Shown: positions 24,804-38,081 of the stretch, in pieces
How the letters are laid out: the number at the start of each line of letters is the position of its first letter
How positions within the stretch are numbered: position 1 is the stretch's first letter
NCBI RefSeq assembly: GCF_006345805.1
Contig: NW_021832713.1
Coordinates: 42,240 to 106,239 of the forward strand
DNA: 64,000 nucleotides
Direction: 5' to 3'
DNA from: Octopus sinensis
Lineage: Eukaryota
Program-made: the position numbers and the translations under genes
The notes under the pieces: model-generated
Told to the model about the DNA's origin: nothing
Database searches by the model: none
What the model saw: the letters and a program-made list of their open reading frames with translations, nothing else

Positions 24804-25862
24804 GAAATTTCACGGACGACCACAACAATATCAATAACACGAATAACAACGACAGCAGCAGCGCCGGTGACAACGATGACAATAACAACAAGAACTACTA
24901 CGATGGCAACACCGTGGAGGAGCACACAAACACAGAGGGATACGAGAACTGTACCAAATGCAGGGGGTGCTAAAAAGTTCCTATCTTTAAGGGCATCGCG
25001 AAAGGCCTGGCTGGAGGCTCAACCTTTTGAGTTCTATTTTGAGTTCTAAAACTGAAGGTCTGCTGCAATACATGTGTAACTCTGAGAGGGGAATATGTTG
25101 ATTAAGGTCATAATTAACTGGTTCTCCTGTAGTTTCTTTTACTCGAAGCCAGGAAATTTTAATCGAAGTCAGGAAATTTTCAACAATCTCTCGTACTTTG
25201 CAATACGAATTATTGTTGTCGGATATGTATCCTACACAGCATTTAAGATTGGAGATAAGAATGTGCTGTTCTAATTTTTGCGAGCCATTTGGAGGCTCAT
25301 AATTCCGAAGGAAACATTTTGAAGTATGCCTGGCTTTGATGACAAAGTTGGCAGAGGAATCACTTTAAAGATTTCTATCTTTAGTCTGATAAGTTCTGTA
25401 GTCATTAACTCTCCGAGCACAGCGTGTAGCTTTTTTTTATTTGGTTGAACGTCGTGTATGTTAAAGAACTTAAGCAAACATATGTATGAAAATTATAAGC
25501 TAGCGGCGTCAGTATCTATTGGCAATGTCATACCAAAGAAATTTATAAGGCATCCTTCATATCTGATAATTCTTTGCTTTTTATAATTTTGTAATATGAG
25601 AAAGGTAGTGTCTATAATTGAAGGTGGGGGATTTCCGTTCTAACAAAGTGAAATCCACGAAAATCATTATACTGGAGAATGGATCGAGTCTGCTGATCAC
25701 AACGAACAATTTATCTACTTTCTTCTCTCATTGACATCATATTAATTGACAAAGAAAACCAATGAAATTATCGAGAATAATGTGATGAGAAAGTTAGGCA
25801 AACGTGCAGTAAAATGTGTTGATATTAACTCTAATTACAGAAAAATAAGAAAAAAAAAAAAC

Positions 25863-26268
25863 TAGGCGCAGGAGTGGCTGTGTGGTAGGTAGCTTGCTAA
25901 CCAACCACATGGTTCCGGGTTCAGTCCCACTGCGTGGCACCTTGGGCAAGTGTCTTCTGCTATAGCCCCGGGCCGACCAATGACTTGTGAGTGGATTTGG
26001 TAGACGGAAACTGAAAGAAGCCTGTCGTATATATGTATATATGTTTGAATGTGTGTGTTTGTGTGTCTGTGTTTGTCCCCCTAGCATTGCTTGACAACCG
26101 ATGCTGGTGTGTTTATGTCCCCGTCACTTAGCGGTTCGGCAAAAAGAGACCGATAGAATAAGTACTGGGCTTACAAAAAGAATAAGTCCCGGGGTCGAGT
26201 TGCTTGATTAAAGGCGGTGCTCCAGCATGGCCGCTGTCAAATGACTGAAACAAGTAAAAGAGTAAAAG
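25863..26268 (+). mobile_element. SINE-A, full length, near-consensus
   Basis: aggcgcaggagtggctgtgtgg ... gaaacaagtaaaagagtaaaaga. Confidence 0.9.
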
Positions 26269-26597
26269 AGAGAACAAGAATTTCTCATAGACGCTTTTGG
26301 GATATGTCAGGATGTTATTAGTTTTGTGGGAGCAGTTATGTAGATCAGAGAAATTAGAATATACGACCTGGATTGGAATCTGAAATAGAAAGACATCTAT
26401 TACAGCACTTAATAATATAAATTTGGAATATATAAATAACTTAACTTCAAGTTTTGTCTGTTTCAAAAGCAGATGCACGTATGTGAATCACTTCTGAGTT
26501 CCGTCTACTTGCAATATGTGAATAGTGCTGGCTTTCCAAGAAACATCATTTTCATTGAAAACATTAAATGAAATGCTAATATCTCTCATAGTTTTGC

Positions 26598-26808
26598 TAA
26601 GTCGGCGAGCTGGCAGAATCATTAGCACGCCGGCCAAAATGCTTAGGAGCATTTCGTCTGCCTTTACATTCTGAGCTCAATTTCCGCTGAGGTCAACTTT
26701 GCCTTTCATCCTTTCGGGATTGAGGAAATAATTAGCACTCATGTTAATGTAATCGATTTACCCATATCTCTGAAATACCTGGCCTTGTGCCAAAATTTGA
26801 AACGAATA
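26598..26808 (+). mobile_element. SINE-C with alternative tail
   Basis: ggcgagctggcagaatcattagcacgccgg head and a ...ctggccttgtgccaaaatttgaaac tail. Confidence 0.7.
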
Positions 26809-28005
26809 TCCCTCTTCGTTAGCTTGAAATTTAAATCCCGGAAAAAAAAATATTTTAGACATAACTTTATAATTATTCACTTGTCAAATTATCTTTAAGT
26901 GTTTTCTTGATTTCTCAAGACGGATGGTACTACTGACTTTTCAGCATAAGTTAGAGGTACACTTAATCCGCCACCCGATTTAACATACCCCACGGCTTAG
27001 CCCTTGCTTGCCTTTAGGAAGGTCCTCTCTATTGCAAGGACTCAGGTCAGGTATCCAGTTCGAGAATAAATTCCTATCTCAATACATGCTTTTAGAGAAA
27101 GGTATTAGAAAGTCTATGGGCGCTGTTCTTCCACTGACAGAATGGTAAAATATAATCACCAGTGTTTTCCAAATAGGTTCTGAATCAAGTAATGATGATA
27201 ATACTATTGAAATAAAGCATAGGTTCGACCTTTGTGCAAAGAGAAACATATTCAAAGACCGTCTTTGAATATATTACGTAACATTGCCTCTAGATTATGA
27301 AAAAAAACAGACACAGTTATGAGTTCCTAATTCCATAGAGAGTGTATGATAAAAAAAAAGTCTTCTTTTTCACAAACTTTCAGCAAAGGGAAAAACAATT
27401 TATCCATTCTGTTATTAACAGAATTATATCATGGGGGAAAAACAAAACGAAACAGATCCATGGCACTTGATTTACATTATTCTTTAGGTATGGGTCTGGT
27501 GTACGAACGTTTATGTCCTACAGTGCTTCCTAATGCAAGAGAAAGCATAAAATGTATTCTTCTATTGCAATAATCCTTTACGTCAATCAGAGAAATATTG
27601 GTAAGTCACAACCTACTGTTGAGAGACACATGTTGAAGAATTCACTAGCAGAAGCTACAAAAGTAAAATAATGCCAGCTTTCAACTGAAGAAATTCTTAT
27701 TGTATCTGAATGAAAACGGAAGCAGAACTTTTATTGTCGGAAACTAACTGAAAATGAATAATTCAACAAGTCACCTGGTTTTCTAGCTACACGACTCATA
27801 TGTGGAACTTTCTTTTATGCCCAATTTTGGAATCAATAAAGAGAAAGAATTCGTATATTCTTTAAATAACTGATTCTTTCTACCATTTCTACAACAAATG
27901 TTTCTTTTCACAAAGTGAAATTGAAGCCACGGATGATGCATACAAGTGTAGCCCGAATGTCTATTATATATATATATTATGTATATATATATATATATAA
28001 TATAT

Positions 28006-28053
<48 letters not shown>

Positions 28054-28200
28054 ATATATATATTGTATGTATGTATATATTCCACAGTGTGTGTGGTGAT
28101 GAATGCGTGCATGTGTGTGTTGTGTTGAATGTGTATGTGCACGCGCACCTGTGTTTGTGTATGTAAGTGCGTATTTGTATATGTTTATATATATATATAT

Positions 28201-28232
<32 letters not shown>

Positions 28233-28544
28233 AGTGTGTGTGTGTGTGTGAGTGTGTGTGTGTGTGTGTGTGCGTGTGTGTGCGTGTTTCTAAAGTCTCA
28301 AATATTTTCCACCTGGAAGGATCAATAGAAGACTATTACAGGTAAGAAAAAGGCGAATAGATCCAACCAGAAATCTCAATTTACGTAAATATCAGAGATC
28401 GTTAAATGTAAAGAATTCTTGAGATTTTCCTAAAGGTGATGTAAGTTAATCTGCAGAGACCTAATCTACGAAAACAGCACGACTCCTTTCATTGGTATTT
28501 CTATGTTTTTATCGACACCTTCTCGGTGAATGTATACAAGCGTT

Positions 28545-28620
28545 CCTATATCCATGAATGCGTGTATGCATGTATGTATGCATGTATGCATGTATGTATG
28601 TATGTATGTATGTATTCATG

Positions 28621-28654
<34 letters not shown>

Positions 28655-29003
28655 TGTGTGCTTGTGTGAGTGTGTGTATGTATGTATGTATGTATGTATA
28701 TATGTATGTATGTATGTATGCATGTATGTATGTATGTATGTATGTATGTATGTATGGGTGTGTGTGTGTATGTATGTATGTATGTATGCATGTATGTATG
28801 TATGTATGTATGTATATATGTATGTATGTATGCATGTATGTATGTATGTATGTATGCATGTATGTATGTATGTATGTATATACGTATGTATGTATGTATG
28901 TATGGGTGTGTGTGTATGTATGTATGTAAGTATGTATGTATGTATGTATGTATGTATATACGTATGTATGTATGTATGTATATATGTATGTATGTATTTA
29001 TTG

Positions 29004-29034
<31 letters not shown>

Positions 29035-29215
29035 CATGCATGTATGTATGTATGCATGTATGTATGTATGTATGTATGTATGTATGTATGTATGTATGTA
29101 TGTATGTACGTATGTATGGGTGTGTGTGTATGTATGTATGTATGTATGTATGTATGTATGTATGGGTGTGTGTGTATGTATGTATGTATGTATGTATGTA
29201 TGTATGTATGTGTGG
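28545..29215. repeat. ~670-bp (TATG)n microsatellite with recurrent GGGTGTGTG interruptions
   Basis: Directly visible. It is the source of the 237-303 aa MYVC/HTYI ORFs. Confidence 0.95.
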
Positions 29216-29480
29216 ATGTTTGCACATTGACACACACCTGTAATATAAAAGCAATAAATAATCTCTACTATATGCACTGAGTGGTTTTTCTCTAGGCTCT
29301 ACGTGTAAAGGGATAATACGAAATGTGTATATGTGTGTATGTGTGTCTTTGCGCATGTGTGCGTTTGCCTGTGCTTGCGCGTGTGTATGGATGTTTGTAT
29401 ATATTTCTCCTTGTATGTATCTTTGTAAACACACACATACACACGCGCACACACACAAACATCTGTGAGCATAATACGTG

Positions 29481-29511
<31 letters not shown>

Positions 29512-30534
29512 TTGAATATGTGGCCACATGTGTGCTTGTACGTATGAGACTTGTATGGTCAGGGCACAGCTCTCTTCTTTTTTATTAAGATGAAATGAGA
29601 AATGATTGACCTGCAGAATGGATCTGGTTGAGTGCAAGAAATTTGGTAGCCGTAAGAATTCTAAGTAAATAACCTGACCAAATAATGATATGATGTGTTT
29701 AGCCTATGAAGCGCTTACCAAACAGAAACCATGGAAATGTGAGCAAATCGTTAGGTTTTCTTTCCGTTTTTTTTTTTACTATCAGAATTATTTGAGTAAA
29801 ACTGATGGATATTTTGTTTTGGTGTTCTGTTTTATGTTATTTTTAGCGTTGTATATTTTAAGTTAAGAAATAATATTACTACTACTATTAATAATAATAA
29901 TAATAATAATAATGATATTAAAGGCAATCCTGTTGTCTTCTGTGCAAATATGCAAGTTATATTTGTTGTCATTGTGGATTATTTGTTGTTATTAATGAAA
30001 AGGGAAAAAAAATACTTCGATTTGAAAATGTAAGGATTCTTCTCTCAATAAGCCACTATCTAAAAAAGAAATGTTTATTTATGGTTCTTTTACAGTAATT
30101 CGTATTATGTTTTATTCTTTTAATCCTTTGGAATTTCCATTCGTTCGACAGTGATCAAGCTGGGGCACTGCCTGAAGGTTAGCGTCGACTATTTATGCGA
30201 ATGCTTTATTTTATTGAAAGCGAAAAGATGAAAGAAAATGTCGGCTTGGGTGGGAACGACGTGATCAAAAAAAAAAACCACGAAGTGAGTTGTCCATGAT
30301 GTAGCCGCTCTGACTGCGACCTCTATCGACATTCTGATCAAGACATTTTGAGGAATGACAAAGCTATCAAGGGACATAGAGGTCAGTGGAGGTCAACTGA
30401 TAACCGAAATTTAACTCAGTTTCAATAGTTGTGTCTCTAAAGGTCGAAAATTTAAGGCAGTTCCATAATTTACTTCATCTAAGAGAACTGATACGTTGGA
30501 GTTGTACAGAATTCTTCCATGTTATTACTCAGCA

Positions 30535-30662
30535 CGCGCGCGCGTGCACACACAAAAACGCACACATGCATACATACACACAAACACACACACACACGCA
30601 CACACACACACACGCATACATACACACAAAAACACACTCACACAAACACACACGCACGCACG

Positions 30663-30693
<31 letters not shown>

Positions 30694-30965
30694 GCATGTT
30701 CACACTCACTCGCATACATCCACAAACACACACACGCGTACAGCATACATACAAACACACACACAAGTATACACTCACACACATACACACACTAACACAC
30801 ACACACACACGCAGACACATACACGCAGACACACACACAAACACACAAACACACACGTATACAACACACACACACCAACACACACACACAAACACACACA
30901 CACATACACACTAACACACACACTAACACACACACTAACACACACACACAGACACACACACACGC
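30535..30965. repeat. Degenerate (CA)n array
   Basis: Directly visible. Confidence 0.95.
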
Positions 30966-31692
30966 TATAGTCGTGTCTGGGCAGTTTTATAGCAGAAATA
31001 CTGTTACAAAGGAAAGAATACAGTCGCAATCGATAACCGAACACATCAACGGCAAAATACTTTTTTTCTTTCAAGAAAATCAATAATTGATATCAATGAC
31101 CAATCCTTAAGCTAAGTTAGTAGTAAAATGACTCTTCCATCGCTACTTTTCACACAGTTCCGGTTCCTCTGTATAATCTGAGATATATCCAAACCAAAGC
31201 GGAATCAATTACTATTCAGTTCTCTTGTCTACACTTTCAGCTAGCATTATTTGATTGGACGAAACAACTAGAATTATTTAACATGACGTCATCTTTTGTT
31301 TAATAAGCTAAAATGTACGAGCAGTATTTATATAAATATAAAAATAGGAGAGTTCAGGGAATAGGATATCTCCAGACAATAGATAACCAAATGTATTTGA
31401 TATTTTACTATTCGCCGCCGTCGTCGTAGTGGTCGTGGTGTAAGACAAAGAAAGAGGATAACGGATAAACGATGTTTAGAACAACTTATGGGTTTGATTC
31501 ATTGCTTAAATTCTAGCTTGATATTATCTCCTGGAATCAGCAAAAAAAATGTTTCGGAATTGTGGGTGTTCTCGTTGTTAAGATCTTTCCAAAGTCTGGG
31601 AATGATAAAATATAAAGATAATAATAAGTATTCCAACCGTGGCCATCCCATCTTTCCAAACTTAATGTAACGAGGACTATATTATCTGACGG

Positions 31693-32068
31693 GTGGGATG
31701 GAAGCACTCCATCGGTTACGACGATGAGGGTTCCGGTTGATCCGAATCAACGGAACAGCCTTTGTAAGTGGCTGAGCACTCCACAGACACGTGCAACCTT
31801 AATATAGTTCTCGGGGATTCTCAGCGTGACACAGAGAGTGACAAGGCCGGCCCTTTGAAATACAGGTACAACAGAAACAGGAAGTAAGAGTGAGAGAAAG
31901 TTGTGGTGAAAGAGTACAGCAGGGATCACCACCATCCATTGCCGGAGCCTCGTGGAGCTTTAGGTGTTTTCGCTCAATAAACACTCACAACGCCCGGTCT
32001 GGGAATCGAAACCGCGATCTTATGACCGCGAGTCCGCTGCCCTAACCACTGGGCCATTGCGCCTCCAC
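31693..32068 (-). mobile_element. SINE-B, tail type 1 (short internal deletion)
   Basis: Aligns to 2404-2792 and 54886-55270. Confidence 0.85.
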
Positions 32069-32270
32069 ATCTGACGTGTACTCAGTACGATTTTTATCCT
32101 ATACAATCATGCGTTATAAAGACAGTTGTATGTAACATGAGAGATTTCTCACTCTAGGAAAATAGTTTCGTTATTAGTACACGAATGCATTAAACTTACT
32201 TGAGTGTTCGCGTAATCTAGGAGTAGTTTTGGTAAAGCAGACTCTACAGTCTCAGAAAATAAGACGGTAA

Positions 32271-32668
32271 TAGGCGCAGGAGTGGCTGTGTGGTAAGTAA
32301 CTTGCTAACCAACCACATGGTTCTGGGTTCAGTCCCACTGCGTGGCATCTTGGGCGAGTGTCTTCTGCTATAGCCCCGGGCCGACCAATGCTTTGTGAGT
32401 GGATTTGGTAGACGGAAACTGAAAGAAGCCTGTCGTATATATGTATATATATATGTGTGTGTGTGTTTGTGTGTCTGTGTTTGTCCCCCTAGCATTGCTT
32501 GACAACCGATGCTGGTGTGTTTATGTCCCCGTCACTTAGCGGTTCGGCAAAAGAGACCGATAGAATATGTACTGGGCTTACAAAGAATAAGTCCCGGGGT
32601 CGATTTGCTCGACTAGAGGCGGTGCTCCAGCATGGCCGCAGTCAAATGACTGATACAAGTAAAAGAGT
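32271..32668 (+). mobile_element. SINE-A, full length
   Basis: Near-consensus. Confidence 0.9.
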
Positions 32669-33149
32669 AATACTGGAAAATACTGTTGTGAGTGCCTGGT
32701 GCCTAATAAACGAAGAAATGATCAATCATAGTTGAAGCACTTTAGGTTATAGATTGACTAGGTCGAGAAGACCTAAGCAATACACACCTGCTGCCTGTTA
32801 AAGAATGCATGATTCCATGGAATTAAGTTATTTGATTTTCATATAAAGCGACTTTTCCACATTAAATAAAAGTGATTGAAACAAGTAGCGGAAACTTCTC
32901 AAAGTCCCATGGCTTTCATTCTCTTGTTCTTTGAAGAGATCTCGTGTGCTGTGACCATCGCCGTAAAGGAAACATGTATCATTCATTAGATAATAGCTAA
33001 CCGAACAATACGCAACCCCGTTTAAATAACATTGCTATAAAGAGCCAACATCTACGTGGTCTGTGGACATGGGTAAAATAGAAACCATGTTTTCATATAA
33101 AAGTTAAAGTATTCGTTTCGAAGTAAAAAAAAATAGAATAGACGCAACA

Positions 33150-33544
33150 TCTTTATATATAAAAGAGAGGTTGTGTGCTGTCTGTCTCCTACGATTTAGA
33201 TTCCTAACTACTCCCACATTTTGCGGTGCAGTTTACCCAAAACCGGGTATCTTATAGTCGTGATTCATATCGAGCCCTTCAGGGTATTAGCGCGCGTCTA
33301 CGATGAGTCTACGATTTAAAAAAAAATACCATCAATTTTTCCCATTTTTAATGCATTTTTGCCATATATAAGGGAAGTAACTCTCTAAAAATTTATTATT
33401 AAATCTCAGAACGTAAAAAGCTACAGTAACACCCCCCCCTTTGTGGTTAGCCATATTGAGATGGCTATTATACTTTACATCTCTAAAAATGCTTATATAG
33501 TTATTTCCCTTACAAACCCGAGCAACGCCGGGCGATACTGCTAG
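33150..33544 (+). mobile_element. Non-autonomous Helitron, copy 2
   Basis: A|TCTTTATATATAAA ... CCCGAGCAACGCCGGG CGATACTG CTAG|T. Confidence 0.85.
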
Positions 33545-34072
33545 TTTTATATAAGCCTAGTGAAATATCTGCGAATCAGCAATTAATCTGTGGGACACTC
33601 AAGACTGGACATCGATGATATGGCCACGTAGATCTCACATGAGCAAAGCAAAAACAACAATCCATTCTTGGGAACCTCTGGTGCGTTTTACTCTTCAAAA
33701 GCGCTCGGAAGGCCGATCCGATTCATTCCTGCCTAAGATTTTAAATGATGATGCTACATATGATCTAAGAGACCTACAAAAGCCATCAGTACTAAATGCT
33801 CCTCCTCCGACTTATTTATAAGAGAAAATATAAATGATATTTTCTTTGCTGTTATTTGGTAGTCTCTTCATGTATATGTTAGTCAGAACAACGAGATTCT
33901 GAAGTTATTGCTTTTAAGTATGTATATTTAATTTATATTATCATACCTTGATACTGTGTGGACTAAGATCACCGTTGACAGGCTGCTGGTATTTATAGAG
34001 TGCTAAACAGTTTTGGTATGCAAATTAGGGACTCCTTCGAAGAGTAAATACTGCATTTGTTGAGTATATAAA

Positions 34073-34455
34073 CAGGAGTGGCTGTGTGGTAAGTAGCTTG
34101 CTTACCTACCACATGGTTCTGGGTTCAGAATCGTGGCACCTTGGGCAAGTGTCTTCTACTGTAGGCTCGGGCCAACCAAAACCTTGTGAGTGGATTTGAT
34201 AGTAGATGGAAACTAAAAGAAGCCCGTCGTATATATATGTGAGTGTGTGTTTGTGTGTCTGTGTTTGTCCCCCTAACATCGCCTGACAACCGATGCTGGT
34301 GTGTTTACGTCCCTGTAAAATAGCGGTTCGGCAAAAGAGACCAATAGATTAAGAACTAGGCTTACAAAGAATAAATCCTGGGGTCGATTCGCTCGACGAA
34401 AGGCGGTGCTTCAGCATGACCGCAGTCAAATGACTGAAACAAGTAAAAGAGTAAA
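34073..34455 (+). mobile_element. SINE-A
   Basis: Head, body and tail match. Confidence 0.85.
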
Positions 34456-34507
34456 GAGAGTTTGGCAACTCGTTTCTCTGGGGACTGACGGAATGATGTG
34501 GACGCCC

Positions 34508-34542
34508 CTGATGAGAACACAACGAGGTTCGAAAATCGACTA
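34508..34542 (+). ncRNA. Hammerhead ribozyme core-like motif
   Basis: CTGATGA-GAAC-ACAACGAG-GTTC-GAAA-ATCGACT-A has an intact catalytic core and a perfect 4-bp stem II. Stem III is a near-palindrome, but no convincing stem I was found. Confidence 0.4.
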
Positions 34543-34960
34543 AGTTTGTTCATCCTTTTTCAGTCTGCGGAGAAATGGCTAATATTTGCCCTGTTAGCAA
34601 TTATACCATATGTTACATAACTCCATGCTTCAAACAGGACTTTAGATGGATTGATGATAAAATCAACTAGTTTCGTTTGATGTAAGATTCATCAGAGATC
34701 GTTTATCTCTGGTTTAGAAAATGTTGAATGACAGTAGCTTAAAATTATAGATTAGTATGCGTGTTCCTCAGTTCAACCACATACCCATCAATTATAGAGA
34801 CTAGTGAATTAATATAGGAATAAGATATTTGGCAAGTACACATGTCTAAAAGATCATATGTTGACAACGGCCAGTGGTTATGAAAAGAAGCAACATATAT
34901 ACATACATATACAAATTACTGAATGGTGAACTTTACGATAATAGTATATCATTATTATTA

Positions 34961-35011
<51 letters not shown>

Positions 35012-35329
35012 TATTATTATTATTATCATTGCAATTATAATATATTTGTTTTTATTATGGCATGTCCTGATGGCGGTGGGTTAACGAAATTGTTAGCGCG
35101 TTGGACCAAATATCTTGCAGTATTATTTCTAAGTGCTTGCATTCTGCTTTTCATATAGTTCTGGCCAAGTACTTGGGCCAACGTAATCGACTATTCCTTT
35201 ACCTTCAGAATTTCAAAATTGGTTGCCTTGTGCTAATAATTATAAATAATTATGTTGTTTAAGCATATATAACAGACCGGCTGTGAGCTTATATTGATGG
35301 CATACATACGCACATACATAAATATATAC

Positions 35330-36020
35330 ATATCAACCATGTACCTGATGTACAAAAGGGATACAGATGCAGGAAAAGCCGTAAAATGTGACAACCAATG
35401 CAGACTTTGTGGAATTCACACTGAAGATATCACCCACATCATAAGCAGTTGTCCGAAAATGTCATCACAGTATTATCTACCGATGAGATATGGCGTTGTG
35501 GCTAGGACACTCTATAATGAAATCCGTCGGAAGAATAATCCCGAGGACAAAGACATAAGAACCCGCAATCTGTTAGAAGCCATAGCCACTCATAATGAAA
35601 AGGAATACTGGTGGAATGTACCAGTGAAGACCCCAATAAAATGTAAGCACAAAGATTTGATATATTAAATTAGGATAGAGAAGAGAAACTGTGTAAGTTG
35701 TGGAAATTAGTTGCCCAGGGGATGATGACATAAATCTGAAGATCAGTGAAAAGGAGAACACCTATGTTGAACTAATGAGAAATCTGCACCTATTCTACCC
35801 GGATTACAAGTTCAGGTTTATACCTGTAATTATTGGGACACTGGGATATGTAACACATTGCCTAAATACTATTCTTCAGAAATTAGGCTTCTCAAAACCA
35901 GAAAGGAGAAAGCTAATTCGAAGACTACAGATCCAAACTATCACTGGAACTGTAAAAATCGGTAAAACTTTCCAGAAGTTTATCATTTAAATGTACATGA
36001 GCACGTCTAGATATGCAACA
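35330..36020 (+). mobile_element. R4/Dong-type LINE 3' fragment (CCHC motif plus RLE)
   Basis: CRLCGIHTEDITHIISSCPKM...WWNVPVKT...VEISCP...SEKENTY.EL...IPVIIGTLG. (CATA)-rich flanks. Confidence 0.8.
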
Positions 36021-36404
36021 TACTTACATACATAGATACAAAAATACCCTGTTGTTGATGTTGAAATTCCAATTAAGGAGCCTTGGATCTAGGTTAGAAA
36101 CCGATTCTTTCTCTATTGGCATGAGTGTTGAAATAAAATGATTATTGACATACATACATACACACATACACACATACATACATAAACACACATACATCAT
36201 ACATACATACATACATACATACATACATACATACATACATTAGTAACATTGATCATCACAGCAGTCTATCATGGACCAACAACCGAATTACTAACTCCCA
36301 CTTTGAAGGGTATGCAGTTGCAATCCAGGAACAAGAGGCATCAATCAAATACCCGATGCACAAAAGGGACAGAGACGCAGGAAAAGCAGCAGAATGTAAT
36401 AACC

Positions 36405-36640
36405 AATTTCCTTACTAACCACAAGGAGTTAAACACAGATGGGACAAACAAGGACAGATAAACGGATTAAACCCATTATATCGACCCCAGTGCGTAACTG
36501 GTACTTATTTAATCGACCCCGAAAGGATGAAAGGCAAAGTCGACCTCGGCGGAATTTGAACTCAGAACGTAGCGGCAGACGAAATACCACTGAGCATTTC
36601 GCCCGGCGTGCTAACGTTTCTGCCAGCTCGCCGCCTTAAC
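36405..36640 (-). mobile_element. SINE-C monomer with a 15-bp TSD
   Basis: CAGAATGTAATAACC at 36390-36404 and 36693-36707. Confidence 0.85.
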
Positions 36641-36816
36641 AGAATGTTATTTCTTTATTTTTTTTTTATTTTTTATTTTTTATTCGCCTTAACAGAATGT
36701 AATAACCGATGCAGACTTTGTGGAGTTAACACCGAAGACATCACTCTCATCATAATCAGTTGTTCGAAAATGTCACTACGGTACTATCTACCGATGAGAC
36801 GATTTTCTATCCATAT

Positions 36817-37198
36817 AGGAGCACTCCGTCGGTTACGACGATGAGGGTCCCAGCTGATACGATCAACAGAACAGCTTGCTCGTGGAATTAACGTACAAGT
36901 GGCTGAGCACTCCACAGACAGGTGTACCCTTAACGTAGTTCTCGAGGAGATTTAGCGTGACACAGATTGTGACAAGGCTGGCCCTTTGAAATACAGGTAC
37001 AACAGAAACAGGAAGTAAGAGTGAGAGAAAGTTGTGGTGAAAGAGTACAGCAGAGTTCACCACCATTCCCTGCCGGAGCCTCGTGAATCTTTAGGTGTTT
37101 TCGCTCAATAAACACTCACAATGCCCGGTCTGGGAATCGAAACCGCGATCCTACGACTGCGAGTCCGCTGCCCTAACCACTGGGCCATTGCGCCTCCA
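36817..37198 (-). mobile_element. SINE-B, tail type 1
   Basis: Aligns to the other B copies. Confidence 0.85.
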
Positions 37199-37618
37199 CA
37201 AATTTTCTATCTAGGACACTGTGTAATAAGATCCGACGGGAGCGTAACTCTGAGGCCAAAGAAATAAGATCCTACAGTATGGCCATAACCACTCATAATA
37301 AAAAGGAGTACTTGACATGATAATTTGGGATAGAGAAGAGAAACTGAGTGCAATTGTGGAAATCAGCTTCTCACCGGATGTTAACATAAAGTTGAAGATC
37401 AACGAAAAAGAAAATACCTACGCTGAACTCGTGAGGAATCTACAGCTACTCTATCCAGATTCTTTCAGGTTTATACCAGGTAATTATTTGGGGCACTGTA
37501 ATACACTGCCTAAATACCAATCTTGAGAAATTAGGCTTCTCAGAACCAGAAAGGAGAAACCTAATTCGAAGCCATCACTGGAACTATAAAAATCTGTAAA
37601 ACTTTCCAGAAGTATATA

Positions 37619-38081
37619 TCTTTATATATAAAAGTGAGGTTGTGTGCTGTCTGTCTCCTACGATTTAGATTCCTAACTACTCCCACATTTTGCGGTGCAG
37701 TTTAACCAAAACCGGGTATCTTATAGTCGTAATTCATATCGAGCCCTTCTGGGTATTAGCGCGCGTCTACGATGAGTCTACGATTTTAAAAAAAAATTAC
37801 CATCAATTTTTCCCATTTTTTAATGCATTTTTGGCATATATAATGATTGATTTGATTGATTTTAGTTTGAGCTCATGAGTTGTAGCCATGCTGGGGCACC
37901 GCCATAAGGGAAGTAACTCTCTAAAAGTTTATTATTAAATCTCAGAACGTAAAAAGCTACAGTAACCCCCCCCCCCTTTGTGGTTAGCCATATTGAGATA
38001 GCTATTATACTTTACATCTCTAAAAATGCTTATATAGTTATTTCCCTTACAAACCCGAGCAACGCCGGGCGATACTGCTAG
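37619..38081 (+). mobile_element. Non-autonomous Helitron, copy 3, with a ~60-bp insert at ~37844-37903
   Basis: A|TC...CTAG|T ends are intact. The extra segment is absent from the other three copies. Confidence 0.85.

Noticed and set aside
28509-29527. Long MYVC/HTYI ORFs (and all YIYI/HTHT/VCVC ORFs elsewhere)
   Set aside because: These are microsatellite translations.
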